NCBI GenBank assembly: GCA_963702025.1
Contig: OY969699.1
Span: 128,001-192,000, forward strand
DNA from: an uncultured bacterium
GTDB lineage: Bacteria; Babelota; Babeliae; Babelales; Vermiphilaceae
Direction: 5' to 3'
Length of the DNA stretch: 64,000 nt
Shown here: piece after piece, positions 10,265 through 20,050 of the stretch
Layout of the letters: the number at the start of each line of letters is the position of its first letter
Numbering within the stretch: position 1 is the stretch's first letter
Program-made: the position numbers and the translations under genes
Notes under the pieces: model-generated
The model's database searches: none
The model's input: only the letters and a program-made list of their open reading frames with translations
What the model was told of the DNA's origin: nothing

Positions 10265-11173
10265 TTAAAAGCTGTATTTCAAGCCTGCGGTAATTGGGAA
10301 GAAAACTTCCGTGCCGATCCGGCCGACAACTAAATTGGTCGGTGAGAAATTTGGCAGAATACTCGCACAAGGATTTAAGTTGCCAATATCTGAATTTGAA
10401 CGCGGTCCACACGTAGCAACCGCTTCAGCGGTAAATACAACTGAAAAATTACAGCCCAAGCACCATTCAAATCCGATATTTGCGCCGCCCGCTACTGAAT
10501 TACTTTTATAGAAGAATGGAACACAATTTAATACAAGCGGAGTTTGTATTGTGCATTTCGTGGATGCTATGTTAATACGCGCATTCGTTTCTTTTCTATG
10601 CAAGAATCCGAATTTGCCGCCAAAGAAAAATGCAAAATCATTGCAACCACAATTTATTTCCCAATAATAGCGTGCACCCAAATACACATCATAAACTTTA
10701 TAGCGACTCGGATGTATATTCACCGTTACAACATCATTTGGTGTTGCCGCAACGCCAAGTAAAGTGAAATTACGGCCCGAGGCTTGTCGGTAATTAAATT
10801 CAATATATGTTTCAAAATCATTCGTTATAGCATAACCAATGTGGCCGCCAACGTACCAAGGGGTCTTGAACAACTTTTTAAATCGAGGCATTTTGAATAA
10901 AGGAATAATTGATTGATTAAAATTAGGAATACTCAGTGCGTTACATGAAATCGCTGAAAAAATTCCGCGATCTGTCCATATAGTAGGGGCTACGCCACCC
11001 TGAATCTGAAAATCAATGGCTCCACAGTTTAACGGATTGCCACAGTCATATGCTTGATCACAGCACTGCTCTTCAGGGCAACAATCATCAGAACTTCTAC
11101 CGAAGGTAAAATAGCTACAACTCGCTAAATAACAGAGTAAAAAAAGACTTTTACGACTCAAAACGTTTCTCAT
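10265..11173 (-). CDS. Cys-rich outer-membrane beta-barrel protein, family A copy 5
   Basis: Probable start MRNVLS at 11173; CCPEEQCCDQAYDCG cluster; ends LKYSF. Confidence 0.8.
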   Translation of the reverse strand: MRNVLSRKSLFLLCYLASCSYFTFGRSSDDCCPEEQCCDQAYDCGNPLNCGAIDFQIQGGVAPTIWTDRGIFSAISCNALSIPNFNQSIIPLFKMPRFKKLFKTPWYVGGHIGYAITNDFETYIEFNYRQASGRNFTLLGVAATPNDVVTVNIHPSRYKVYDVYLGARYYWEINCGCNDFAFFFGGKFGFLHRKETNARINIASTKCTIQTPLVLNCVPFFYKSNSVAGGANIGFEWCLGCNFSVVFTAEAVATCGPRSNSDIGNLNPCASILPNFSPTNLVVGRIGTEVFFPITAGLKYSF

Positions 11174-11303
11174 TGGCAATCCTTTTTTTGAAAACAATAT
11201 TCAACAAAATTAGCCTAGGCATAAAAATATGAAATTTGCAAGATCTTGAAAATTTGCATTAAAAAATTATATTTAAATCCCGCCGTAAAAGGGAAGAATT
11301 TTT

Positions 11304-12035
11304 TCATTTTTTTCGATACCAATGCCACCGCAATGCAAAAAGGGTCCGTATCATGGCAAAACCGGCACTAAAAGTTTGCAACTTACTCCCTTCTTGATCA
11401 TTCCACACCGTTGGAAATTCTTTAATGGTAAAACCAAATTTTTTGCATAGAGAGAGCAACTCAATATCAAATGCCCATTGTTTCACTGATAAATAAGGAA
11501 CAATTCTTTCAACCACTTTTCTTTTAAACAATTTTGCACCGCACTGCGTATCATCATAAGTGAGCCCAAATAAAATTCTCACCAAACTCCCAAAAAAGAG
11601 TTTGCTTCCCCATCGTTTAATAAAAGGACGGGGTGGCGTCACCACGGCACCCAGCATGTAGCGGCTGGCAATAATGCCGTCATAACCATTTATATGTGAT
11701 ATTAAATCATAAAATGCCCGGGGTGATGTTGCCATATCAGCATCTACAAAACCTATAAGATCGTTGGGCCGCGTCAGCGCATCAGCAAAACCAACGTTAA
11801 CTGCAAGCCCCTTGCCGCCTTCTTTGATCTCTTGCGACAACAAGTATGGCATCTCTTTTTGCAAATCAGCTACAATTGCCGGCGTTGTATCCCGAGTTCC
11901 ATTAATTACCACGAGAATTTCATATTCTAGGTTTTCGGCAATTTTTTTATCGGAGAAAAACTGATTATACGCTTTGAGGGTAGCTTTGATACGCTTTTCC
12001 TCGTTATAGGCAGGAATTACTATGCAAACTTTCAT
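11304..12035 (-). CDS. GT2 glycosyltransferase (dolichyl-phosphate beta-glucosyltransferase-like)
   Basis: IVIPAYNEEKRI, GGKGLAV, FVDAD, DTQCGAKLF, WAFDIELL. Confidence 0.9.
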   Translation of the reverse strand: MKVCIVIPAYNEEKRIKATLKAYNQFFSDKKIAENLEYEILVVINGTRDTTPAIVADLQKEMPYLLSQEIKEGGKGLAVNVGFADALTRPNDLIGFVDADMATSPRAFYDLISHINGYDGIIASRYMLGAVVTPPRPFIKRWGSKLFFGSLVRILFGLTYDDTQCGAKLFKRKVVERIVPYLSVKQWAFDIELLSLCKKFGFTIKEFPTVWNDQEGSKLQTFSAGFAMIRTLFALRWHWYRKK

Positions 12036-12120
12036 ATAAACTCATTCCTTTTTGGCATTACTTTCTTTTTTTATTCAATCCAATCTTTATTTTGATAAAA
12101 AAATGAGTAATATTAACGCA

Positions 12121-12370
12121 AACTCGAGCTAAAAAACTAGAGATACAATTGAAAGGCTGCTCGTGGTGAGTGATTGCGAAGCAATCGTATCGAACCATGC
12201 GGCCTAAAAATCATAAGATATTATGAATTACTTTTATATATTTTAAAAGGATGCCCTTATTAAAAATGATTGAAACCCTCTGATAAGCCCGCATGGTTCG
12301 ATACGCAGCCTGCGGCTGCACTCACCACGAGCGGGCTTTATGATTAACTTTCACAATTCTTAGCTCGAAT
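12121..12370 (+). mobile_element. Non-autonomous REP-flanked element with an internally deleted GIY-YIG gene remnant
   Basis: Outer inverted repeats aactcgagctaa/ttagctcgaatt; inner inverted REPs 12157-12202 and 12289-12335; between them ATG AAT TAC TTT..TAT ATT TTA AAA joined to K-D-A-L-I-K-N-D-stop, matching KEALIENDW of the 36.8-37.05 kb remnant. Confidence 0.7.
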
Positions 12371-12404
12371 TAGAGTAATATGAATATACTTAATTTAAAA
12401 GATC

Positions 12405-13082
12405 ATGATACAAATAACCTCAAGAGAAATCCTTTTCGCTCTTCTCAAAAAGCATCTTCCAGAAGATCCCATAATTATTGAAGCGGGTTCATTCAATGGT
12501 AAAGATACCCTGCGCTTGGCCGCTTTTTGGCCCACATCAATAATTCACGCATTCGAACCGGTGCCAGAAATCTTTGATGAATTGGTGCGCACTACCCGTT
12601 TAAATAACAATATCATTAGATATCCGGTAGCACTCAGTGATACAAATGGTGAAAAAGCCTTTTTTGTTGCAGAACATCCCAAAAGACCGGGAAAAATATG
12701 CCAGGCAGGGAGTCTACTCAAACCAAAAGATCGATTAAACGTTTCGCCTATAACTTATCCCAAAACCATGCTAGTAAAAACATTAACTCTTGATACCTGG
12801 GCTAAGCAGTATGGAGTTGATCATGTCGATTTTATCTGGCTCGATTTACAAGGGCATGAATTGGCAGTTTTGAAAAACGGACATCATACTTTATCAACAA
12901 CAAAAGCTCTCTATCTTGAAGTGAATTTTATTGAAGCCTATGAAAATCAAACAAATTATCTTCAATGTACTGATTGGTTATATCAAAACAACTTTATTCC
13001 CGTTGCAAAAGATTTCATCGATGAAAACAAGTGGTTTTTTGGCAATATTTTATGGATAAATACTCAACTTCTGTACAAATGA
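12405..13082 (+). CDS. FkbM-family methyltransferase
   Basis: IIEAGSFNG, HAFEP, TLDTW, DFIWLDLQGHELAVLKNG, LYLEV motifs. Confidence 0.88.
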   Translation: MIQITSREILFALLKKHLPEDPIIIEAGSFNGKDTLRLAAFWPTSIIHAFEPVPEIFDELVRTTRLNNNIIRYPVALSDTNGEKAFFVAEHPKRPGKICQAGSLLKPKDRLNVSPITYPKTMLVKTLTLDTWAKQYGVDHVDFIWLDLQGHELAVLKNGHHTLSTTKALYLEVNFIEAYENQTNYLQCTDWLYQNNFIPVAKDFIDENKWFFGNILWINTQLLYK

Positions 13083-13151
13083 AGCACCCAACCGCTCAAA
13101 AGCAGTTGTATCGCATTGGTATTCCGCAAAGAAAAAAAGCTTCATTCCTTA

Positions 13152-13335
13152 TCGCCGTTCGTTTCCCAGCCTTCGCTAATTCCGTTCGTGCTGACCTCTC
13201 GACTACGCTCAAGACTAAAGGCCCTTAGCTTCCTGTGCCCGGCGTCCTTCGACAAGCTCAGGATGAGCGGAAGGATGCGTTTACTCCCGAGTGAAAGTCG
13301 AGGGACTTGGCGAAGACGGGTCGAAGGATCGAAAC
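13152..13335. repeat. REP-like palindrome cluster (second copy at ~16943-17126)
   Basis: gtccttcgacaagctcaggatgagcgg and related ctcgactacgctcaag and gtcgaaggatcgaa units. Confidence 0.75.
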
Positions 13336-13548
13336 GAGCAATAATAATTTTCGGATAAGTTTTTCCTGCCAGAACGTGCATAAATACACGAAAAAACTCA
13401 TTTTTTTGTTTTTTTTGTTGCATCCATTATCCAAAATCTTGTATATACATAGTATCTGAAATTTTGTATATACATTTTATATGATTAATTTTTAAAAAAA
13501 GAATGGTAATGGATCAACAAAATGAATAAAAACATAAACGATAGGAGC

Positions 13549-13570
13549 CACACACACACACACACACACA
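13549..13570 (+). repeat. (CA)11 microsatellite; (CA)8 in the duplicate at 17340-17355
   Basis: Directly counted. Confidence 0.95.
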
Positions 13571-13695
13571 AAGGCTTTTTCAATGTCCCATAATCTCTAT
13601 AAACACTATAATACCACTTGTTTTGATATTATCTGCGACCAACAACTACTACTACTCATTAATTATTTTTCTAACCTCATAAAAAAGGATTGTAT

Positions 13696-15150
13696 ATGAA
13701 TATACAATGTAGGTTTTTAATAAAACCTTTTTCTCTTTCGCTGTTATTGATTGCATCAAGTTATGCCGATGAAATTGATTTACGTGCAGTAGATCAATTT
13801 AGAAAGTGCCAGAAGGATAACTGTTCAAGAGTTGCACTAAGCGCTCAGCTCACGTTTGGTAGTAATTATCCTTCAGCACAAACCTTTCCATCTATTTCAG
13901 CAACCGGAGACCAAGTATATGTGGTATATAATAATAATGGACTTTATACCCCTACATTACTTGCTGCACAACTATTTGATAATGTTAACGGACAATTAGT
14001 TTCTGCGCAAACACTCCTGTGTGACCCAAACTATCCCAATCCATGGATGGGGTTCGCATCAGCAGATTTTAGCCTATTTTCTGTCCTTGATGGTAGTCTC
14101 GGGACAACATCGCTTCCGGCACGAATTCGTATTCTTGATTCAAACTTTAATCAAGTAGGTCAACGGATTTTTTCATCTTATCAAGGCGACTTTTTGGGTG
14201 TGAATCCTGCTGGTGGATTTTTTGCGGGTGGATCATTTTCAGAAGATAACCATTATGTTGTGATATCTACCAGTATTTCTAATACGCCTCCAAACGCACA
14301 AAGTATGTTAGTGGTAATGGATGCTACTAATCCTTCACTTCCCACTGTAGCGCAAACTGTAATCACCGGATTTCCAGTTTTTTTCGGCCCATATCTGTTT
14401 ACTCTGACTGATAACAATGGCAATAAGAATCTGTATATTCAATATACTGTCTCCAATGGGACACCCACGCGAAATTTTATCCTATTCAATTTTTATGAAC
14501 CACCCTTTTATAGCCAAGTGTATCAAGTTAATCTGACTGCGGGCACCATTACTTTAGTTGCTCAACAGCCATTGCCTAAATTTGCTGGACCCGCTGTCCA
14601 AGTACGCGCTGGCGGCAAAGACGCACTCATTTGCCATGGCGGGTACTGCGCCCTAAACCCGAGTGCACCATCTTTTTATGCTAATCCTATTCCTTTTCAA
14701 GAATCAGTTTTACCCGGTGATTACGCCGAATCACGCGTATTTCTCTTTAATGGCACTGCCTTAAACTTAGTGGTTAAGGAAGCGGTAAATTGCTGTAATC
14801 GAACTCTCCCTTATCCCCCAAGCAATGGCTGCTCATATCTGATTGGGCAAAATCAAGATCTTCTAGTAGCGGGTTTCCCAAATGTAACCTCAGATAATCA
14901 GGAATTTTGGTGCTTTGCTGATCTTCGCCAAGGTCCAAATGGGCTTGAGTTCCGAGGAGTTAATTTGCCTAACCAAGATATGATAACCGCCATTTCAGTA
15001 TTCAGCCAAGATGGCAATTGGCTCTTTCGTGCAGGATACTTTGGATATGGCAATCAAAATCCAGAAACACCATTTGATGATATATATGGCCTTAACAATC
15101 TCTTGCTCTTTAAAGTATACTCAGCACCATACACCCCAATTTGTAACTAA
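13696..15150 (+). CDS. Exported beta-rich (possibly beta-propeller) Cys-containing protein, allele 1
   Basis: ATG at 13696 after AAGGA; signal peptide ending SSYA; repeated xFSxDxxxxxV-type blade-like segments. Confidence 0.7.
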   Translation: MNIQCRFLIKPFSLSLLLIASSYADEIDLRAVDQFRKCQKDNCSRVALSAQLTFGSNYPSAQTFPSISATGDQVYVVYNNNGLYTPTLLAAQLFDNVNGQLVSAQTLLCDPNYPNPWMGFASADFSLFSVLDGSLGTTSLPARIRILDSNFNQVGQRIFSSYQGDFLGVNPAGGFFAGGSFSEDNHYVVISTSISNTPPNAQSMLVVMDATNPSLPTVAQTVITGFPVFFGPYLFTLTDNNGNKNLYIQYTVSNGTPTRNFILFNFYEPPFYSQVYQVNLTAGTITLVAQQPLPKFAGPAVQVRAGGKDALICHGGYCALNPSAPSFYANPIPFQESVLPGDYAESRVFLFNGTALNLVVKEAVNCCNRTLPYPPSNGCSYLIGQNQDLLVAGFPNVTSDNQEFWCFADLRQGPNGLEFRGVNLPNQDMITAISVFSQDGNWLFRAGYFGYGNQNPETPFDDIYGLNNLLLFKVYSAPYTPICN

Positions 15151-15207
15151 TAAAAAATAATTGATACCTGGCGCCTGAAAAAGGCGCCAATTTAATCAGG
15201 AGATTAT

Positions 15208-16056
15208 ATGAAATCGTTAAATCTACGTTATCTATTTTTGACACTTGCTCTTGCTTCATTCGGCTCAGCACAGGCAGATTATGATGATGGTCGCAATGCA
15301 GATTGTTGCAAAATAGATAATTGCTATGAATGTGGATGCAATCCACTCTATAGTTGCGCGTGGGATATTGCAGTGCAAGCGGGCGTTTGCCCAATCAGAT
15401 GGACAGGTCGCGGCCACTGGAGTGTGCTTGAAAATGGTGCCGATGTTAATCTTTTCAGAACACCAAATTTTAGCCACTTGTATCGCCTTCCTTGGATAGT
15501 TGGCGGCCAAGTTGGCTACGCTTGGAGCGATAACGTTCGTCTTTATTTAGAATTTGATTATTTGCAAGCAAGCCGTAAAAACCGTAACAACGCTTTTAAT
15601 GAATCTGCTTCATCAACAGTGCTTGATATTTGCGTTGGAAAATATAAAGCATTTGAATTTTATGTTGGTGGTCGATATTACTTTGATCGTTGGTGCGATC
15701 GTTATTCGTTCTTCTTAGGCGGTAAAATTGGGTTAATTAGTCATCGTAAAGTTCATTTTACGGGCACAATAACTTACAACTCATATATTTTGGCACCGTC
15801 ATTAGTAGATACTGAAACACCCCTCTTTAGAAGCAAAACGCAGGTGAGCGGCGGCGTTAATGGTGGCATTGATATCTGCTTTGGTGGTAATTGGTCCTTT
15901 GTGATTACTGGTGAAGTAGTGGCCAATAGAGGGCCTCGTGGTCACTCAATTCCGTTAACGGGAAATCCTTTAGTTACTGCAACGAGCCTTTCAATCGGCA
16001 AAGCAGGCACGGAATTGCTTTTTCCAGTTACCGCCGGCATCAGATATAGCTTTTAA
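15208..16056 (+). CDS. Cys-rich outer-membrane beta-barrel protein, family A copy 6
   Basis: CCKIDNCYECGCNPLYSC, WIVGGQVGYA, DRWCDR, ends IRYSF. Confidence 0.8.
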   Translation: MKSLNLRYLFLTLALASFGSAQADYDDGRNADCCKIDNCYECGCNPLYSCAWDIAVQAGVCPIRWTGRGHWSVLENGADVNLFRTPNFSHLYRLPWIVGGQVGYAWSDNVRLYLEFDYLQASRKNRNNAFNESASSTVLDICVGKYKAFEFYVGGRYYFDRWCDRYSFFLGGKIGLISHRKVHFTGTITYNSYILAPSLVDTETPLFRSKTQVSGGVNGGIDICFGGNWSFVITGEVVANRGPRGHSIPLTGNPLVTATSLSIGKAGTELLFPVTAGIRYSF

Positions 16057-16078
16057 AAATATGCTGGTTTAAAGGTAA

Positions 16079-16129
16079 ATTAATCCGTTGATTGATACTC
16101 TTGTAGCATCTTACGGCAACCGCAATTGA
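16079..16129 (+). pseudogene. 3'-terminal remnant of a GMC oxidoreductase gene (duplicate at 19857-19907)
   Basis: Reads INPLIDTLVASYGNRN-stop versus INPLVDALVASYGSGS-stop of the GMC at 29612-31921, followed by the same 3' UTR and terminator. Confidence 0.8.
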
Positions 16130-16155
16130 ACGTAATTTCATTTTTATTATCCCAA

Positions 16156-16184
16156 AAAAGGCCTTGTTAACAACAAGGCCTTTT
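16156..16184 (+). terminator. Intrinsic terminator of the GMC-gene type (also ~19934-19962, ~29500-29537, ~31947-31977, ~35998-36023)
   Basis: aaggccttg...caaggcctttt hairpin plus T tract. Confidence 0.8.
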
Positions 16185-16272
16185 GATTTATAAAAGTGCA
16201 GAACTTTTCTTTACTTTTTTTCCAAATAATCCTAGTATCCCTTCATTCAGGAGTAAAGAAAAAGGGTGTGAT

Positions 16273-16923
16273 ATGGATCATGCATATTACATGAAAAAAG
16301 TTTTTGAGCTTGCCAAACAAGGAATCGGGTTAGTGAGCCCTAATCCACTTGTTGGTTCGCTGATCGTTAAAGATAGCCAAATAATTGGTGCAGGATTTCA
16401 TGAGCGATATGGTCAATTTCATGCAGAGTTGAATGCAATTGTATCTGCAAAGCAACCACTAAAAGGTGCAACCCTTTATTGCAATCTTGAGCCCTGTTGC
16501 CATACTAATAAGCAAACGCCACCGTGCGCGCAACGTATAATTAAAGAAGGCATTTCACGAGTGGTGATTGCCAATAGAGATCCCAATCCAGAAGTAAATG
16601 GCGGAGGCATCGCCCTGCTCAAACAAATGGGCATAGAAGTGATCGAGAATATTTGCCAGGAGGAAGGGGAATTGCTCAATGAAGTTTTTTTTACTTTTCA
16701 CCGCAAAAAAAGACCATTTATTCATCTTAAATATGCACAGACTCTAGATGGTAATATTGCCTGCTCAAGTGGTGATTCAAAGTGGATCACTCATGAAAAT
16801 GCGCGCAAAAAAGCACATGAGATGCGATTAAAATATGATGCAATTTTGATCGGTGCGGGAACTTTAGTTGCCGATAATCCTGCGCTTACTATCCGCTTTA
16901 TTGAATCAGAAAAAAAATGCCCG
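16273..16923 (+). pseudogene. ribD: Truncated ribD copy (deaminase domain plus start of reductase domain) cut by the duplication junction; reads through into REP sequence to 17019
   Basis: Matches 20051-20701 up to EKKCP, then diverges into the REP cluster. Confidence 0.9.
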
Positions 16924-17480
16924 AAAAAAGCTTCATTCCTTATCGCCGTTCGTTTCCCAGCCTTCGCTAATTCCGTTCGTGCTGACCTCTCGACTACGCT
17001 CAAGACTAAAGGCCCTTAGCTTCCTGTGCCCGGCGTCCTTCGACAAGCTCAGGATGAGCGGAAGGATGCGTTTACTCCCGAGTGAAAGTCGAGGGACTTG
17101 GCGAAGACGGGTCGAAGGATCGAAACGAGCAATAATAATTTTCGGATAAGTTTTTCCTGCCAGAACGTGCATAAATACACGAAAAAACTCATTTTTTTGT
17201 TTTTTTTGTTGCATCCATTATCCAAAATCTTGTATATACATAGTATCTGAAATTTTGTATATACATTTTATATGATTAATTTTTAAAAAAAGAATGGTAA
17301 TGGATCAACAAAATGAATAAAAACATAAACGATAGGAGCCACACACACACACACAAAGGCTTTTTCAATGTCCCATAATCTCTATAAACACTATAATACC
17401 ACTTGTTTTGATATTATCTGCGACCAACAACTACTACTACTCATTAATTATTTTTCTAACCTCATAAAAAAGGATTGTAT

Positions 17481-18932
17481 ATGAATATACAATGTAGGTT
17501 TTTAATAAAACCTTTTTCTCTTTCGCTGTTATTGATTGCATCAAGTTATGCCGATGAAATTGATCCAGTCGCGTTAAACCAATTTAGAAAATGCCAGACG
17601 AATAACTGTTCAAGAGTTGCACTAGACAGTGAACTCACATTTAGTCTTTCTCGACCTTCTTTCATATCCTATCCGTCTATTTCAGCAAATGGGGACCAAG
17701 TATTCATACAATATGCTAATAATGCTTTTTATACCCCTACATTACTACTTGCAGAATTATTTGATAATGTTGACGGACAATTAGTTTCCGCTCAAACACT
17801 CAACATCGACCCAAATTATCCCAATCCATGGATTGGGTATGCATCGCCAGATTTTACACGTTTCTCCGTCATTGATGGTAGTATCGGTACTGGATTGCTT
17901 CCGGCACGTATTCGTATTTTTGATTCAAACTTTAATCAAGTGGGCGAACGAATCTTCTCGGCTCTTCAATCATATCTTAGTGGCGTTACTTCCGGTGGAC
18001 TTGTTTGGGGTGGGGAATTTTCAGAAGATAATCATTATGTTGTAGTAACTTATAGTGTTGCCGTTTCCGGTCCAACAGTAACAAGTATGATAGTGGTGCT
18101 GGATGCTACTGATCCTTCACTTCCTATTGTAGCGCAAACCCAAATTACCGGATTTCAAAATGTTTATTCTCCGTTTCTGTTTACTCTGACTGATAACAAT
18201 GGCAACCAGAATCTATACATTCAATTTTGTCTCTGCAATGGAGTGCCTCAGCGAATTGAATATTTCTTCGATACCGCATATATACCGCCATTTGCTAGCC
18301 AAGTTTATCAAGTTAATCTGAATGCTGGCACAATTACTTTAGTTGCCCAACAGCCATTACCTAAATTTGCCGAAGCAGATATCCTCGTACGTCCTGGCGG
18401 CAAAGATGTGATCATTGCCCATGGTGGATGGTGCTGCTTATTCCCGAATCAAATAAGTATTTATGATACTATTCCCCCTCTCACCTCATTTTTACCTAAT
18501 GATAACAGCGAAGCACGCGTATTTCTGTTTGATGGAAGTAACTTAAACTTAGTGGTTAAGGAATCAGTAAATTGTTGTAATTGCACTTGCATTTATCCGC
18601 CAGGCAATGGCTGCTCATATTGTTTTGCACAAAATACAGTATTTGAACTAAATGGTAACCCAGCGGAGCGCTACACTCAGCCGGAATTTTGGCTCTTTGC
18701 AGATCTTCGTCAAGGTCCAAATGGCCTTGAGTTCCGAGGAATGAATTTGCCTAAGTCGGATATGTATACCGCCGTTCGGAGATTCAGCCAGGATGGCAAT
18801 TGGTTTCTTCGCGCGGGAGCACATGGATACATCAATCAGGACCCAACAATGCCATATGTTGATGCCAATGGTATTCGCAATATCTTGCTCTACCAAGTAT
18901 CCTCAGCAGCGTATACCCCAATTTGTAATTAG
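17481..18932 (+). CDS. Exported beta-rich Cys-containing protein, allele 2
   Basis: Identical signal peptide to 13696 gene, divergent mature part. Confidence 0.7.
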   Translation: MNIQCRFLIKPFSLSLLLIASSYADEIDPVALNQFRKCQTNNCSRVALDSELTFSLSRPSFISYPSISANGDQVFIQYANNAFYTPTLLLAELFDNVDGQLVSAQTLNIDPNYPNPWIGYASPDFTRFSVIDGSIGTGLLPARIRIFDSNFNQVGERIFSALQSYLSGVTSGGLVWGGEFSEDNHYVVVTYSVAVSGPTVTSMIVVLDATDPSLPIVAQTQITGFQNVYSPFLFTLTDNNGNQNLYIQFCLCNGVPQRIEYFFDTAYIPPFASQVYQVNLNAGTITLVAQQPLPKFAEADILVRPGGKDVIIAHGGWCCLFPNQISIYDTIPPLTSFLPNDNSEARVFLFDGSNLNLVVKESVNCCNCTCIYPPGNGCSYCFAQNTVFELNGNPAERYTQPEFWLFADLRQGPNGLEFRGMNLPKSDMYTAVRRFSQDGNWFLRAGAHGYINQDPTMPYVDANGIRNILLYQVSSAAYTPICN

Positions 18933-18985
18933 TAATAATTGATACCTGGCGCCTGAAAAAGGCGCCAACCTAATCAGGAGATCAT

Positions 18986-19834
18986 ATGAAATCGTTAAAT
19001 CTACGTTATCTATTTTTGACACTTGCTCTTGCTTCATTCGGGTCAGCACAGGCAAATTATGATGATGATCGCAGTGCCGATTGTTGCAAAATGGATAATT
19101 GCTATGAATGTGGATGCAATCCACTCTATAGTTGCGCGTGGGATATTGCAGTGCAAGCGGGCGTTTGCCCAATCAGATGGACAGGTCGCGGCCACTGGAG
19201 TGTGCTTGAAAATGGTGCCGATGTTAATCTTTTCAGAACACCAAATTTTAGCCACTTGTATCGCCTTCCTTGGATAGTTGGCGGCCAAGTTGGCTACGCT
19301 TGGAGCGATAACGTTCGTCTTTATTTAGAATTTGATTATTTGCAAGCAAGCCGTAAAAACCGTAACAACGCTTTTAATGAATCTGCTTCATCAACAGTGC
19401 TTGATATTTGCGTTGGAAAATATAAAGCATTTGAATTTTATGTTGGTGGTCGATATTACTTTGATCGTTGGTGCGATCGTTATTCGTTCTTCTTAGGCGG
19501 TAAAATTGGGTTAATTAGTCATCGTAAAGTTCATTTTACGGGCACAATAACTTACAACTCATATATTTTGGCACCGTCATTAGTAGATACTGAAACACCC
19601 CTCTTTAGAAGCAAAACGCAGGTGAGCGGCGGCGTTAATGGTGGCATTGATATCTGCTTTGGTGGTAATTGGTCCTTTGTGATTACTGGTGAAGTAGTGG
19701 CCAATAGAGGGCCTCGTGGTCACTCAATTCCGTTAACGGGAAATCCTTTAGTTACTGCAACGAGCCTTTCAATCGGCAAAGCAGGCACGGAATTGCTTTT
19801 TCCAGTTACCGCCGGCATCAGATATAGCTTTTAA
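18986..19834 (+). CDS. Cys-rich outer-membrane beta-barrel protein, family A copy 7
   Basis: Differs from copy 6 at only 4 residues near the N-terminus. Confidence 0.8.
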   Translation: MKSLNLRYLFLTLALASFGSAQANYDDDRSADCCKMDNCYECGCNPLYSCAWDIAVQAGVCPIRWTGRGHWSVLENGADVNLFRTPNFSHLYRLPWIVGGQVGYAWSDNVRLYLEFDYLQASRKNRNNAFNESASSTVLDICVGKYKAFEFYVGGRYYFDRWCDRYSFFLGGKIGLISHRKVHFTGTITYNSYILAPSLVDTETPLFRSKTQVSGGVNGGIDICFGGNWSFVITGEVVANRGPRGHSIPLTGNPLVTATSLSIGKAGTELLFPVTAGIRYSF

Positions 19835-20050
19835 AAATATGCTGGTTTAAAGGTAAATTAATCCGTTGATTGATACTCTTGTAGCATCTTACGGCAACCG
19901 CAATTGAACGTAATTTCATTTTTATTATCCCAAAAAAGGCCTTGTTAACAACAAGGCCTTTTGATTTATAAAAGTGCAGAACTTTTCTTTACTTTTTTTC
20001 CAAATAATCCTAGTATCCCTTCATTCAGGAGTAAAGAAAAAGGGTGTGAT

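Larger units (their letters stand above)
13133..16923 (+). repeat. Tandem duplication unit 1 (3791 bp)
   Basis: Sequence from aaaaaagcttcattcc to ...aaatgcccg is repeated at 16924-20701; the 13-bp length difference is accounted for by the CA tract (6), central gene (3) and intergenic indel (4). Confidence 0.95.

Noticed and set aside
13031..13423. Short ORFs 13031-13228, 13116-13358, 13142-13423 and their duplicates near 16868-17214
   Set aside because: They are translations of REP palindromes (SFDKLRMSG, LSLSKD are typical REP read-throughs) with no RBS or domain.
19835..20050. FMN riboswitch upstream of ribD
   Set aside because: No RFN consensus (AGGGC.GGGTG.AA.TCCC.ACCG) visible; the region is a GMC remnant, a terminator and a short AT-rich promoter.
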